Source of the DNA: Camelus dromedarius
Lineage: Eukaryota
DNA length: 64,000 nucleotides
Assembly (NCBI RefSeq): GCF_036321535.1
Contig: NC_087437.1
Coordinates: 66,590,001 to 66,654,000, forward strand
Direction: 5' to 3'
Positions within the stretch are counted from its first letter, which is position 1; every line of letters starts with the position of its first letter. Positions 23,936 through 36,680 of the stretch are shown piece after piece. The position numbers and the translations under genes are program-made. The notes beneath the pieces are model-generated. The model had not been told where the DNA came from, searched no databases, and was given only the letters and a program-made list of their open reading frames with translations.

Positions 23936-25010
23936 GGTTGAGAAGGACTTCATTTTTTGTGTGCGGACATGTGGTTCCAGCCCCCAGCCTGAATCCTCAG
24001 GTCCAGCTAGAGAAGCACCTCTGCTGGGGTCCCAGATGTCAGAGCTGCCACTGGGACAGGTTAGCCCTGGACAACCTGGGATCTAGGGAGGAGCTATGAA
24101 AGCCCTCCCGCTTTTCTCTCAGTGGTCATAGTTCATCATCCCCTTCCCCACTCCCACTATGCTTGATACATATTCTATGTTTGCAGTGGCCCCAGTGTAA
24201 TTATTTGTTTAGAGCAGCGATTCTCAACCCTGGCTGCATATTAAAATAAACTGAGAAGTTTTTTTTTTTTTTAAATACCAATGCCATAGACAAAACAAGA
24301 GAGCCAAGAAAGTTTATAATTATTGAATCTGGTTGATGGGTACATAGAGATGCAATATTCTGTCTTTTTAATTCTGTATGTGTTTGAAATGTTCCATAAT
24401 TTAAAAGTTTAAAAGTAAATATGTATAATATATATAGTATAAATATATAATATAAAATGTAAAACTAAGCCCATAGCAAATGAGTTAAAATCGAATTTCT
24501 GGGGCCCTTGGGTTTAGAATCTGTAGCTGTAAAATCTTCTCAGGGATTCTGAGGGTTGAGATGGGGATGTGGGGACATGAGGAGGATTGAAGTGATTACA
24601 GAAGCTGCCTCTGACTGTGAGTTTTTGATGAACTGTCAGATGACTGCCCCTAGAGTATTTACACCTGATTTGGATAATTATCACACATTCCTAGAATGCT
24701 GACTAAAGATAACTCATTTATCACACTGTCTAGCTGAAGTATTTTAAAGTAAATTATAGACCACCAACATTGGCACATGATGGCTCTTTTATTATTATCC
24801 TACTAATGCATGAGCTTCTGTAGAGAATAGTCCTCCCTGTCTTATTTGTACTTACATTCTTAGCACCTAGCATATGTCCAGATACCTTGTCATTACCAGC
24901 AAATATTTGATAAATTTAGTTTTTTTAAAAAGGTGATGGAGGTGACCTAAGTAGACATTGGGTTAGGACACACTATCAGCATGATGTATGGTTAAGAATA
25001 CAAAGCTCTG

Positions 25011-25087
25011 GGAGAGAGCACAGCTCAGTGGTAGAGTGCATGCTTAGCATGCTGGGTTTGATCACTAGTACCTCTATTAAAAAAAAA
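25011..25087 (+). mobile_element. tRNA-Ala(AGC)-derived SINE (camelid-type) inserted in a MIR
   Basis: A-box agctcagtggtagag, anticodon arm gcatgcttagcatgc, decayed B-box ggtttgatc, poly(A). 17-bp TSD 24994-25010 / 25088-25104 with 2 mismatches. Confidence 0.85.
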
Positions 25088-27624
25088 AAGGATACAAAGT
25101 TCTGAAGCTAGACCACCTGGGTTCATATTTCAGCTCTGCCACTTAACATTCTGTCATTCAACTGCTCATAGTTAACTGCTTTGAGCGGTTAAAGCATAGT
25201 TAACTGCTCAGCTTGTTCATATGTAAAATGACAATTAAAAAAAGAGCCAATCTAATGTTTGTTGTGAGATTTCTATATATATACATATATATACACACAC
25301 ACACTTAAAGCCATGCCTGGCACCTAGTAAGCATTCAGTATGTTGTAGTTATTAAGAAGACTGCCTTCAGAATGGTGCCTTGTACGTCACTGTAAACATT
25401 TGCTAAATGAAAAAAATGAATAAACATTTGCTTTTGTGATTGCTTGTCTCCAGTTTTACCCATTTCTCTGTCCTCTCCATATAAAGACTACAGAAGAGGG
25501 CGGTTCTGAACTGAAGCATGGGTTGAGTCAAAAGGACTGATTTTGAGGTCAGGGGGGGATTCAGCTGCAAGCCCAAACCAGGAGGGCTGAGTGAACACTG
25601 TGAGAGTTTTAAAGCTGAGAGGTCTGGTGACTGCAAGAGAGAAGGAGCATTTTCAGTTGAGTGAGTCTGACCCCAGTACCCCAAAGAGGGGTGTCCACAT
25701 ACTGGGCTGTCCTTCCCAGGATATTTACCTAGATTAGATCTCTTTCCACCTCTCAACCCTCCAGCTTTGTCCAAAATGAGAATCTGTACTAGCTTAGGCC
25801 TGGATAGATGGTAGAGATCCAGTGTTTCCGGCAGCAGTAGGAATTTACTTCCAGATAAACACTGTCCCTTGTTTACCTTCAAAATGTTATCAAAGCTCAC
25901 ATTCACACGTATTGAAGAATCATTGAGTTATTAAACTCCAATAGAAGTGCAGCCCAGGTTTGGAAGTGCAACCTTTCTGGGCCTTGGTTTCCTCCTCTGA
26001 CACTCTGTGGCTTGATGACTAATATACAAAGGTTGTTTAAAGAACACAATAGTAATTATTATAGCAGATCAACCCAGCAGGGGCTAAGGATTTCTTTTGG
26101 TAAAGAGCAAGAAAGAAATCAAGGAAAAGAGATAAAGGTTTAGCTGCAGAAGTTCCTGAATTCTAGCTTAAGAAGTTAATGAAGTCCTTATTCTCCAGAC
26201 AATCAGGAGAATTCAGTGAAAATTTTGGAGCAGGAGAATGAAGAGTTTGTAGAAGGGATTATCTGGCACAGGTAAACAGAGTAGACTAGAGGAGAAAGAA
26301 GCTGGAGGAAAAGAGACTAGGTCAGAGGTTGGTGCCAGGTCTTACCACGTCTGAGGGAATAGACAGAAAGAGACAGATATCAGACAAATTTTGAAGAAAG
26401 TGACAGGCAGCGTCTTAGTTTAAATTAGGTATTGGAAGGAGGGAAATGACCTTTCTTTTTTGAGCACTATGATGTTCTGAGTGAAGGATGAGTCAGGCTC
26501 AAGCCTGGATATTGGACAGTGGTGGTGGCTATTACTGTAAGGAGAGGAGGAACAACTCTGGGGGAGATCTGATTTGATTTTGGATGGATTGAGTTTGGGC
26601 TGCTGTCAGGACACTGAATGGTTACCTAAAGCAAACAGTTATGATTTCATAAATGAGAGGATGAATCCTGAGGATCAGGGAGGATTTTGGGGTCTTTGTA
26701 GGGGCATGAGAGGACTCAGGCATGGATAATCCCATCACTTCCAAGCTTTCCTCTAAGAGAAAAGAGCCAGCCTCCTCTGGGGTAGAGGGAGGGCTGTGAT
26801 GGTCATCCCTGGACCTGGGTGTGTCCAAGAGTGAGGTCGGAGGTGTGTTTAAGGCTGGGGGAAGCAGTATGTCACTTTCAGAATGTCACTTAGGATCATT
26901 CAACAAGGAGATTAAGGACTAAGTAAGAATTTAGCAATTTGGGAAGATTTATGTTTCAGTGTAAGTTCCTTTGTATATATAATCAGAGCTTCCTGCTGTA
27001 GAGATTTTTAATTAAAGTGTAACAGTTGCAGGTGAAATTTTAAAACAAGATGAATGAAGGCAATTCTTGAAACTCATGAAAAGACACCAAACTCTCCGTT
27101 AGAGTTAAGCCTTTCTGTGCCTGATCTTCTCTCCTTGCCTTTGTCTTCATCATTAGAACATTGTCTTTCACTCAATTCAAGGAGCTTTTATTGCATACTT
27201 ACAATGTGGAAGACACAGAGAATGAGAAAACATAGTTCTTGCCTTTAAGGATCTTACCATCCCATCACAGAAGACTGAACAACATGGAATAAGCTATTAA
27301 TCACCATTGCAAGACTGCGCAGATACCAGCTGCAATGACATGTGGGTGGCCAGACTTCTTGGAGAAGACAGATCTGCAAGTGGACCCAGGATGACTGGCA
27401 GAATCTGCACGGGGGTGGTGGGGGCAGCAGGCACAAAGGCCTGGAGATGACACTGTCCATTATCTTTTAGGGGGATATTAGCTTAAGCATACTAGGGGAA
27501 ATGACAGGTAATTTTAGTGAGATAGAATGGGGGTGGACTGAGGAGATATCTATTCAGATATTTTGGTGAAGACATCTAAGTACTAGAAATCAACTTGAGC
27601 AGCTTTACATGTATAACTGTATAA

Positions 27625-27850
27625 CACGGTGGTTAGAGCCCAGATTACGGAATAAGATGGCTTGGTGTGAATCCTTTCACGCATTGCTAGTTGTCTAACC
27701 ATGGGGAAGGTGCTAAATTTTCCTGTCCCTCAGTTTTCTCATATGTAAAATGAAATAATACACAGAATTGTTAGGAGGCCTACATAAGATAATTTATATA
27801 AAGGGATTATAATGTGACTTGGTGCATACTAAATGCTCAGGAAGTTTCAG
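27625..27850 (+). mobile_element. MIR SINE
   Basis: ggtggttagagcccaga...cctcagttttctcatatgtaaaatg...aaatgctcag follows the MIR consensus order. Confidence 0.7.
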
Positions 27851-30800
27851 CTTTTCATGTTCTCTTTCATAACTTTCTGTATTGACTGAAATTCTTTAAA
27901 TTACTTGAATTATATTTTTCAAAAGTTCATTAGAGCTCACCCCTAGGAAGCTTCACCGCTCTGAAGACTACTGTCTGGATGAATGTCCATTTTAAAAAAA
28001 CAATAAAATCTCAGACCCCTCTACTTCTTAAAAAAAAAGCATCATTCCAGTTTCACAGATGTGTAACTAGATGGCCAACTTGGAAAGTGTTGAATACCAC
28101 ATGGCAACTTCAGAGGAGAAATGTGGTGATTTGAGCTACCTGTCTTAGGGAGACAAATACTTGAATAAGTTAATTGCAAGGAAACTATTTCTTTCAACCA
28201 CTGTTGGAGTGTATGTGAATTGCTAAGACATTTTTGGAAAGTAATCCAGCATTACTAACCTTGTGACATATCTGTTGAAACTAGCAATTCTCACCAAATA
28301 AATCTATCATATAGAACTGAAGGCACCAGTATGAGACTAGATGTACAAAAATATTTAACACAGCATCATTTGTAGCTGAAGAAAACTAGAAACAACCTTA
28401 ATATGCAACACAAAGAAAATGGGTGGCTACTCTATGGCATGCCCATATTGTGGAATTTATACATCCAGGGAATAAATTAGGTCTATATATAGTTCCAGGA
28501 GGAATATTCATGATATACTGTGAAATAACAAAGGAAAATTGGAGAGTGATGTGTGTGCTATTATTCCATTTTTATCAAAAAAAACCAAAAAACCCAACAA
28601 CAACCAAAACAACAACAACTGTGTGTGTATGTATTTGTATTAACATGGAGAAATGTGTAGAAGGACGTACACCAAGCTATTAACGTTGATTACCTCGGGG
28701 CCACAGTAACTATGTGTCTACAGTCTGGCTTGTTAAAATGAACATGTATTGCCTTTGTAATTTAAAAAATACATATAGTAAGGTGAGATGGATTTGGGTG
28801 GGGGGGAATTAATATGAAGACCAGGATTGAAAAGAGATCACTCAACTGCCTCAAATGAATCCCAGTTTCCAGACCTTGAATTATAATCTTGCTTTAGAAA
28901 TACCTTGTTGGGTAACTGGGGTTTTTGTTCAGTAACCACTAGATAATCCCAAACAGAAGAAAGTTAGAAGACAGAGGGTGGATACATTTGCTCCAGAAAC
29001 CAGAAAGCAGAGATTTCTGACATTAGAGATCAGGAAGTTTGATGTTGACTCCCAGCAAAGTCCAGGAACAAATCACTAGAAAGTCTGCTTCCATATACTT
29101 AGGAAATGAAATAGCAATTATTAGGAGCCCGTATTTCTGGGAATTAAGTCACACTAAAGCTAAATTAATCATATTCCCTCTCTCACTCTCAAATCAGGGG
29201 ATTGTTGTAAATATAAAGCATTGAAACTTTTCTCATAATATGTAAGTAGCCAAGATAAACATGAGTTAGAAATATATCCGAAGGTTCAGAATACTGATTG
29301 ATCTTAAAGATGCTTCTGAAAGTAGGTTTCTACCTGGACCTCCTTTCAAGTTCTTAGCTATAGATACAAAAATGGAGTCTACAAAAAATGTCATGTATGT
29401 CTGTATCTAAATATAGATATAAATGACATAAAGCTTGGAGGAAGAGCTAAGTATTCATAAGGATAAGATCAGGATATGAAAAATTCCCAAAAGGTTGGAA
29501 AGACTACAATAATGATATGTAATGGAATTGGGTCAAGTGGAAAGTGCATTCAGGTCCAAAAAAATCAACTCCACATGAAAGTAAACAAGCTGGATGAGTA
29601 AGAATACAGATTTTAAAAGCTGAAGAATTGTAGGTTCACCTAAAGTGGCTCTTGGGTGAAGCAAGGAGGATGACAATGAAGAACAAATGAATACGTGCCC
29701 CTGGTTATAGCCTGGGGGAGAAGGCCTGAGGTATGGAGCCCAGTCCTGGCTCTGTGGTACAGACTGAACATACTCAGAGTAGAGTGACTGTCTCTGGAAG
29801 GGCTCTGGAAATCACGTTTGTAGTGCCACGTAAAGGTTGGAGCTGATTCTTGAATTTAAGTACTTCTGTAGTAGTCTCTGTTCATGAAAAGTTCTCAGCA
29901 GAGATTGGGGGTGACATGGGTGTGGAGGGAAGATTCACTCTCTGCTTTTTTTAATTCATGCTCTGCCATTGCCCTGCCATTAAGCAATTTCCTTAGTATC
30001 TCTCCCTTTTTCCTAACCCTACACACATCCCACCTACCTAGAGCCAAGTTTCCTAGTGTGGGCCGTGTACAAGGCAGTTTAAGGTAGCACATACACCCAG
30101 TATTAAATAATATCCAATCTCATGGTGACATTGCTAGTCATGCTTTAAATTTCTTTCAATCCACTGATTACATTTATAGAAGAAAGTCTCTGTTGCTGAT
30201 AAGTTTTTGACAACTCTCTCATACTTGTTAATCTTTTCTTTTTAATAAGGGAAAAACAGGCCTGGGGCATAGAGCCTTCAGCAAGCCACGGTATCTAGTT
30301 GGAATTTTAAACATTGTTATATTCCCATTGTATTTATTTTTAGGATTAACTTATAAGGGAAACTGGTTTTCCATTTAAGGTAATGATCTAAAGTTTCTGA
30401 TGGGGAGGAAAATAAAATATGAGAGTGTCTAATGGTGCTTAAAAGTAAGAATATATCAGCAAAGAAACAGGGCTGTACCCAGAAGCAAAAGAGAAAGTAT
30501 GAAGGCAGGGAAAAACAGAGCAAGTCAGTGTAACTCCAATCAGCATTAGCATCGCATAACACGATCTTGATCACAGCAGCATGATTTACACACACTCTGC
30601 AGCAATGAACAGCAGAGAAAACCGAGGAAGATTTCTGTGCTGAGCAATGGCTCTCAGGATGGCAAATGTGTTAAAATGACATAGAGCTGGAGGAACAGGA
30701 AGTGCAGCCTCATACAGCACAGTGTAGGACTGTCTTGAGGGAGGTTCTTGCCCGAAACCTGGGTGGAGTAAAGGGAGGGAGTAAACAAAACAGGGGTTTG

Positions 30801-31109
30801 GGTTCTGAAAAAATAAAAAGAACTCCAAGTCTGCATACTGAAGAAATTTCTTCAGACATGTTGTTTTCCTATTGACTGGGTGGACAGTGCAGAAAACAAA
30901 GCATGTATGTGAGCATTCACATTGCAATACCTGTCCTTTGGACAAAGGCAAAAGCTCTCTCTCCTGGTGATACGGGTGATTTGGCCCCAGTGGAGCGACT
31001 GCAGACTGTTGCTTATGTCATTCGTCTGCTTTTACTGTGGAAAGTGAATCAGCAAGTCAGCAGTTTCCTTTCAAAGCCCATTTATTTAGAATTTTTTTTA
31101 AGTCTCAAA

Positions 31110-31565
31110 CATTGTACGTCTATCCATGTTCATAGCAGCATTAGACAAAAGGTGAAAGCAACCCAAGTGTCTGTTGATGGATGAATCAACAAACAAAATG
31201 TGGTTTATACATACAATGTAATATTATTCACCCTTAAAAAGGAAGGGAATTCTGATACATGCTGCAGCATGGATGAACCTTGAAAACATTATGCTAAGTG
31301 ACACAAGCCAGATACAAAAGGACAAATATTGTATGATTGTATCAGGTATTCTAGAAGAGTAGAATTCAGGGACAGAAATTAGAATGCTAGTTACCAGGGG
31401 CTGGGGGAAGGGGCAATGGGGAGTTATTGTTAAATGGGGACAGAGATTCCGTTCTGGATGATGGAAAAATTCTGGAGATGGATAGTAGTAATGGCTGCAC
31501 AACCATGTGATTGTACTTAATACTACTGAATTGTACACTTAAAATAATTAAAATGATTTTTAAAA
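31110..31565 (+). mobile_element. L1MB-type 3' end
   Basis: catgttcatagcagcatta...caacccaagtgtc...catggatgaaccttgaaaacattatgctaagtga...tactgaattgtacacttaaaat. Confidence 0.85.
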
Positions 31566-31619
31566 GAGTTAAAGAAAATCATTATGGAGTACCTGGCTAC
31601 GGAGAAAGTGGTGAAGGTA

Positions 31620-32080
31620 TGTGCCATTTCTCTCTGTTCCCAAGCCCACCCCAGCCACTCATCATCCTCCGCCCAGCTTTATGTCCCGGGGCCACATCAA
31701 CACGCCTCTTGTCTTCTAACTTCTGGTTCACGTCACTCGGTGCGAGCACCAGCAGGAGAATGAGGGAGGAAAGAAGAGCAAAGTTGGAGAATCTGCTTCC
31801 CCATTTCCCTCCCTGCAGGATTGCTGTCCGGTGACTGTGTCCCTTGACTGAAGGTCTTGCAGATCTCTCTGTCTCCAGACTCTGGTGCTCCTTCCTCTCG
31901 CCTCTTAAGACCCAGGGCAGAAGCAGCTCCCAACACCCTCAGCTGCAGGGAACTGCACTGTCCCTTGTGGTTTCCCCACCTCCTACTAACACTTTTGTAA
32001 ATAGTCCTTTTATTAAATCCTCCTCAAATTATACAATTTGAGTGCAGCATCTGTTTCTTGCTGGACTGTGGCTAGATACA
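31620..32080 (+). mobile_element. ERVL (LTR16/LTR33-like) solo LTR remnant
   Basis: Ends gtaaatagtccttttattaaatcctcctcaaattatacaatttgagtgcagcatctgtttcttgctggac...gataca. Start is approximate. Confidence 0.55.
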
Positions 32081-32400
32081 GGGTTATTTGTAAAGATCAA
32101 AGTTTGGGAAACACTGACCTAAGGAAAATCCACCTATATTCCCAAAAGATCTCTCTGATCCCCCAAACCTTCCAGGTATCCAGAGAGGGCAATGGAAAGG
32201 GATGCTGAATGGTGCCATCTTCCTCCCTGCCCTTCATCCCTTCTCTTAGTCCAAACACTTCTTTTCAATTGCTATTTTAATACAGAGAATTCGGCATCTA
32301 CTGTTTTCTCTAGTCCCACAGATTGTAAGTCACATTTTTTTGTACATAACAGAATTCCATTCCAATAAAACAATTAAATGATTCAGATATTCCATGGAGT

Positions 32401-32406
32401 TTTATT
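32401..32406 (-). terminator. Probable PLA1A polyadenylation signal AATAAA
   Basis: tttatt on the + strand ~285 nt past the stop. Downstream on the - strand is U-rich atttaattgttttattgg. Confidence 0.7.
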
Positions 32407-32689
32407 TGGGAAAAAAACACAACTTTTCCCTGTATAGGTTTCTATTGAATTCTAGGTACAGATGCCCAAGGATATGAGGCAGTTTCAGTTAAGTGTAAGT
32501 AGGAAAGCTCATACGGTATCTTTGTAAGGCTCTATGAATAGACAATGGAGATAAAGCTCTCTACATAATTATCTGTAATTATGGGTAAAATAAGGAATTT
32601 AGCCTTCCTTCTTACTAGTAATGGCTTACAGTAAGTTGAACACCCACACCCCCCACCCCCAATCCAGGGAGCTGGATCCTGCCCTTATA

Positions 32690-32774
32690 CTATATACAGG
32701 TTATTTTCAGGTCATGAGAAACAGTCTCACTTGCTTGTAAGTTCACTGGCTCAGGTAAGCAGACCATATTTTTA
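32690..32774 (-). CDS. PLA1A: PLA1A exon 11, coding part to TAG
   Basis: ttgcAG acceptor. Encodes (N)KNMVCLPEPVNLQASETVSHDLKITCI*; 85 nt. Total CDS 1368 nt = 455 aa. Confidence 0.95.
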
Positions 32775-33387
32775 CTGCAAGACAAGAGCAACAAGAGGGT
32801 GTGTGCTCAGGGCAGGTTCCTGCTGGGCAGGAGGGAGGGATAAGAGTTGCGTGTGCTCCTGCTTCCTTGATGTCATGTGAAAGAGGTCTCTACAACGTCT
32901 AGAGGATGATTACCCCTGGATTACTAGAGGAGCCTACTCCTGTGCTCTGAGGGCCTAGGTGTGGTAAGTCTCTAAATGCCTGCTAGACATGAGGTAAATG
33001 GGATGGCAATTCTAGGTCCACCCATGAATGTGGTCAGTGGAGGCTAAAGAAGAGGAAGTAAGCAATGAGTAATCTTTGTTCCAATAAACTCTTACACAGA
33101 AACTAAACAGAATGGATACATAATACAGAGTATATATATATACACCAAATAAAATGGTGTTTCTTATATTAAAGTGGGAATGAGGAATTAAAGTCTACCC
33201 TCTTTGGCTTCTTAGCATCCCAATCCAAGATGGCCCTGCAGGAGGCTCAGGAAAACCCTGGGTCTCTGTCATCTCTACATCAAAGAAGCTCATCATCTTG
33301 ATGAGATTACACATCAACAAATACCGTATCTAAGGTCAGGACTGGTCCTTGCAGGTGTGTCTGAGGTGGGGTGGACAATGAGCTTAC

Positions 33388-33552
33388 TTGTCATTGACGG
33401 GCAAAGGAGCAGTGCAGAACTTTCCGATAATGGTCGTCCGGTCTTTTTTCCAAACCCGGTGGGAAGCCTGAAACTTGAGTTTCACTTGGTTTATCTGGCA
33501 CTGAGGGTTGGGGTGAGCGATGACTCCTTTCCCATGGCGTTGCTGTCTAGGT
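33388..33552 (-). CDS. PLA1A: PLA1A exon 10
   Basis: Encodes PRQQRHGKGVIAHPNPQCQINQVKLKFQASHRVWKKDRTTIIGKFCTAPLPVND. Donor AA|GTAAGC; 165 nt. Confidence 0.96.
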
Positions 33553-36278
33553 CTGCAAGGGAAAGGGAAAGTAGCATTTACACACATCATGGAGTATTCT
33601 TCACCCTTTAAAAAGAAGGAAACTCTGACTCTAAGAGGCTGCTTGGATGGATGCTGCAACATGGATAAACCTTAAATTGCAGCCTGTTGCTTAAGTCATT
33701 CGCCCTGCCTGCAGAGCACATTTGTCCTTTGCCTCCCCCTGGCTCGTAGGGGTTCTGCAGGAAGCTTGGTCAGTTAGCTCCTAGAAGGTGGGCACCACAA
33801 TCCTCTGCCTCACCCTCACCAGACCCTTGGCCCACACCCCAACAACTTTGAACGGGATGCAGAAAATAGGCGTTGATTTTTTAAAGTAAATAAGTGGACC
33901 CTGCAGCAAAATAGTAGCTCTTGGATTTTCGTATCTGGAAAAGTGTCCTAGCTAGTGCAGATCTCACTGTAGATTGGTGAAGATCTCATTCTCAGGTCCA
34001 TCTACCTGGAAGTAGAGGCTTCTTCCCAGGCATTCAGTTCCAAGAATTTTCTGTGCTGTCTACTGTATTTTAGAGTAAGCATGAATGTGTAGATGGAAAC
34101 AAACGAACAAACAACAAGCTTTGAAGTCCAGGTGTGGTCTCCTCCCAGCTGTGGCTTTGGAGGCACACAGCACTAGGTCTAAGCCCTGGCTCCCTCCCCT
34201 CTGCTCTGCCAGCCTGTTCCAGTCCCCTCTGGACTCAGAAAGAGGGACTATGAGAAAGAAGGAGAGCCCGGAGGGTGCTATTTTCCCCTCCTCAGTGTTG
34301 TCTAAGCTGAGCATGGTTTCCCTTTCGTTTCTGACCTCTGCAGACTAATGAAATGTCTTCGTTTTGTACTTTCTAACCCAGAGTTAGTCATACAGTTTGT
34401 TTTGTCCTTTTGAGAAAGATCCCATGAAACTTTGTTTAAAAGCTGTTCCTCTTTCTTTCCTTCTTTCCCTTTCTTTCTTTCTTTTTCTGTCTTTCTTTCT
34501 TTTTCTTTTATTTCTTTTCTTTCTCTCCTTTTTTTTTTTTTAACTTAAGAAGTCTTTTGAAGTATTTCAGAGGAAAATATACGAAGACTCTTCACTTTAA
34601 GAGGTTGTTTGGATGGAGAGCTTGAAAACTCTAATGGCTGTAAAGGACATTGTGAATGAGTGGCCTGGGGACTTGGCCCGGGTAAATGTCCTAATTGGCA
34701 GGAAATCTTGGGGTTTCACAAAGTTATAGAAAGTAAGGGAAAGGCCACACATTAAACGCCCCCATCCCCTTTTTCAATTTCTGTTCTGCAAGAGGAAACA
34801 AAAACCAAAGAATTGAAGATAATCATGCTCTAATTGCCTTCTTCAAAACAGTAATGCAAGTATCTTTGGGATGAAGGAAGAAGGAATCAGTGGACATCCA
34901 TTCCAATCACTCAGGGAACTTCTAAAAGTATAATGGTTGAGGCCATGCCTGGAGAGTCTCCTGTAATTGGCCCGGGGTGGGGCTTGCTGTCAGCATTCTT
35001 TAAAGCTCTCCAGGTGATCCTAACAAGCAGCCAGAGTCGTGTGTCATTGACATGACTCCTGCCAGTTTTGGCTCACCTACCAGTGGGTTGGAGAGGAGGT
35101 GACAGAAGTAACATGTACCTTGTGGAAGTAACATGACTTTGAACTGACCTAATGAAAATTATTCAGTTAGAATCTGCTAGGCTCACGTGGGCACCACAAG
35201 ATCTATGTTGAGGTCCTGGCTGCCTGCCAAACTGTGCTGTGTGGCATGGATGAGCTGGAGACCTGGCTGGTTGCAGGGTGTTTGGGAGCCCAGACATGTG
35301 CTCCTCCCAGCAGAAGCTTGTCTTCCCTGACAGCCATCGCTGAAGCTGAGAACTATTTTCAGATCCAAATCTGATCCTGTTACTGTCCTGCTTAAAATTC
35401 CCAAACTGCTCTCAGAATAAAAACTAAAACCTCCAACCTGTCTTTCCAGGCGCGACATGGTCTGGTCCTGACTTGCTCATCCAGCCTCCTCTCCCCATGA
35501 CTTGCCCCACTACTGTCCACTCCCAGTGTCATATCTCACCAACTCCTGACCTGGGGCGAAGGATCCTGCGACTCCTTCAGATTTCTACTCAAACATCGTT
35601 TCTTCACACTCCATCAGGCTCTTAGTTGTTCTCATAGCACCTGCCATTGCTGACAACTGTCCATTTCTACATATGGGCACTGGTCGTGGGCCTGTTTGGG
35701 CTCCAACCATCCTTCTGCAAACCACATTCTTAGGCTTCCTGGAATAGGTGGGAGATTGCTTCGGGCAGTGATGTGGAGGGCCTGGGAGTCTGTTCCCATA
35801 ACAGCCTAGGTCTGCTTCCCCCACCCGCCTCCCCATTTCCCCTGCACTCCACCCAACCACCTGTCCAGAAGTGGGTACTTCCCAGGGTCTGGCCAGCCCT
35901 CCCTGGGCTGGTGGCGGAGGCCCTCCTACTTGCTGACATCCATGATGCCCCCTGCCTGGATTCCTGATGCTGTTTCCTATCAGGGACCCAATTCTCAGTA
36001 ACTCACTACCTGTTAGGGCACCCCACTACGGCTGCTTGCCTGCTCATCTGTTATTGTCTGAATACACTATGCTTGAACCTAGTACTGATCCTGAACCTGG
36101 GACAGTTGCCCAGCATGTGTCTGTGGGTCCATCTGTGGTAGGTGCTGCCCTCTCCACTGCTGCCCCAGCCCAGTCGGCTCAGCCCACCCATCAGTGGTCA
36201 CATAGTGCCTGTCCTGGGATATACATGCATGTGTGTAAATGGAAGAAGAGAGGCCAGCCATGTGGGACACTTACGTAC

Positions 36279-36387
36279 ATGGTGATCTTGACCGACGAGG
36301 TGACATTGCTGCCAAGGAAGGTGACTGTGATACAGGTGTCCTTGTTTCTCGGCTCCTGCAAGTAGAACTCCACAAGGTTGTGATGCA
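36279..36387 (-). CDS. PLA1A: PLA1A exon 9 (two overlapping donors 4 nt apart)
   Basis: Encodes VHHNLVEFYLQEPRNKDTCITVTFLGSNVTSSVKIT(I). In-frame donor AT|GTACGT gives 109 nt; the alternative AC|GTAAGT ends at 36275. Confidence 0.94.
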
Positions 36388-36469
36388 CTAGGAAAACAAA
36401 GCAGAACAGATGACTGGGCCAGGGGTCACTGGGGTCAATGCACAGAAAGCCCTAGAGAGCAGCAGGGCA

Positions 36470-36680
36470 GTTAGGAATCTCACTCTACCTCTTAGCAGCT
36501 GTGTGACCTGGAGCAAATTACCTGCTGTCGCAGGCCCTCAGCTTCCTCAAGTGTAAACTGGGATAATAAATACAGATATCCCACAAGTCTGAATGAGAAT
36601 TAAATGAGTTAATACATATAAAGCCCTCAGTGCTTATGCCTAGGAATTAATCATTCAACATGTGATTGTTTTTATTATTA
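36470..36680 (+). mobile_element. MIR SINE
   Basis: gctgtgtgacctggagcaaattac...ctcagcttcctcaagtgtaaactgggataata...gaattaaatgagttaatacatataaagc. Confidence 0.8.

Noticed and set aside
25011..25080. Functional tRNA-Ala gene
   Set aside because: Internal deletion, degraded B-box, poly(A) tail and TSD show a retroposed copy.
25403..25906. 167-aa ORF on the - strand
   Set aside because: Non-ATG start, no homology recognised, no splice or codon-bias support.
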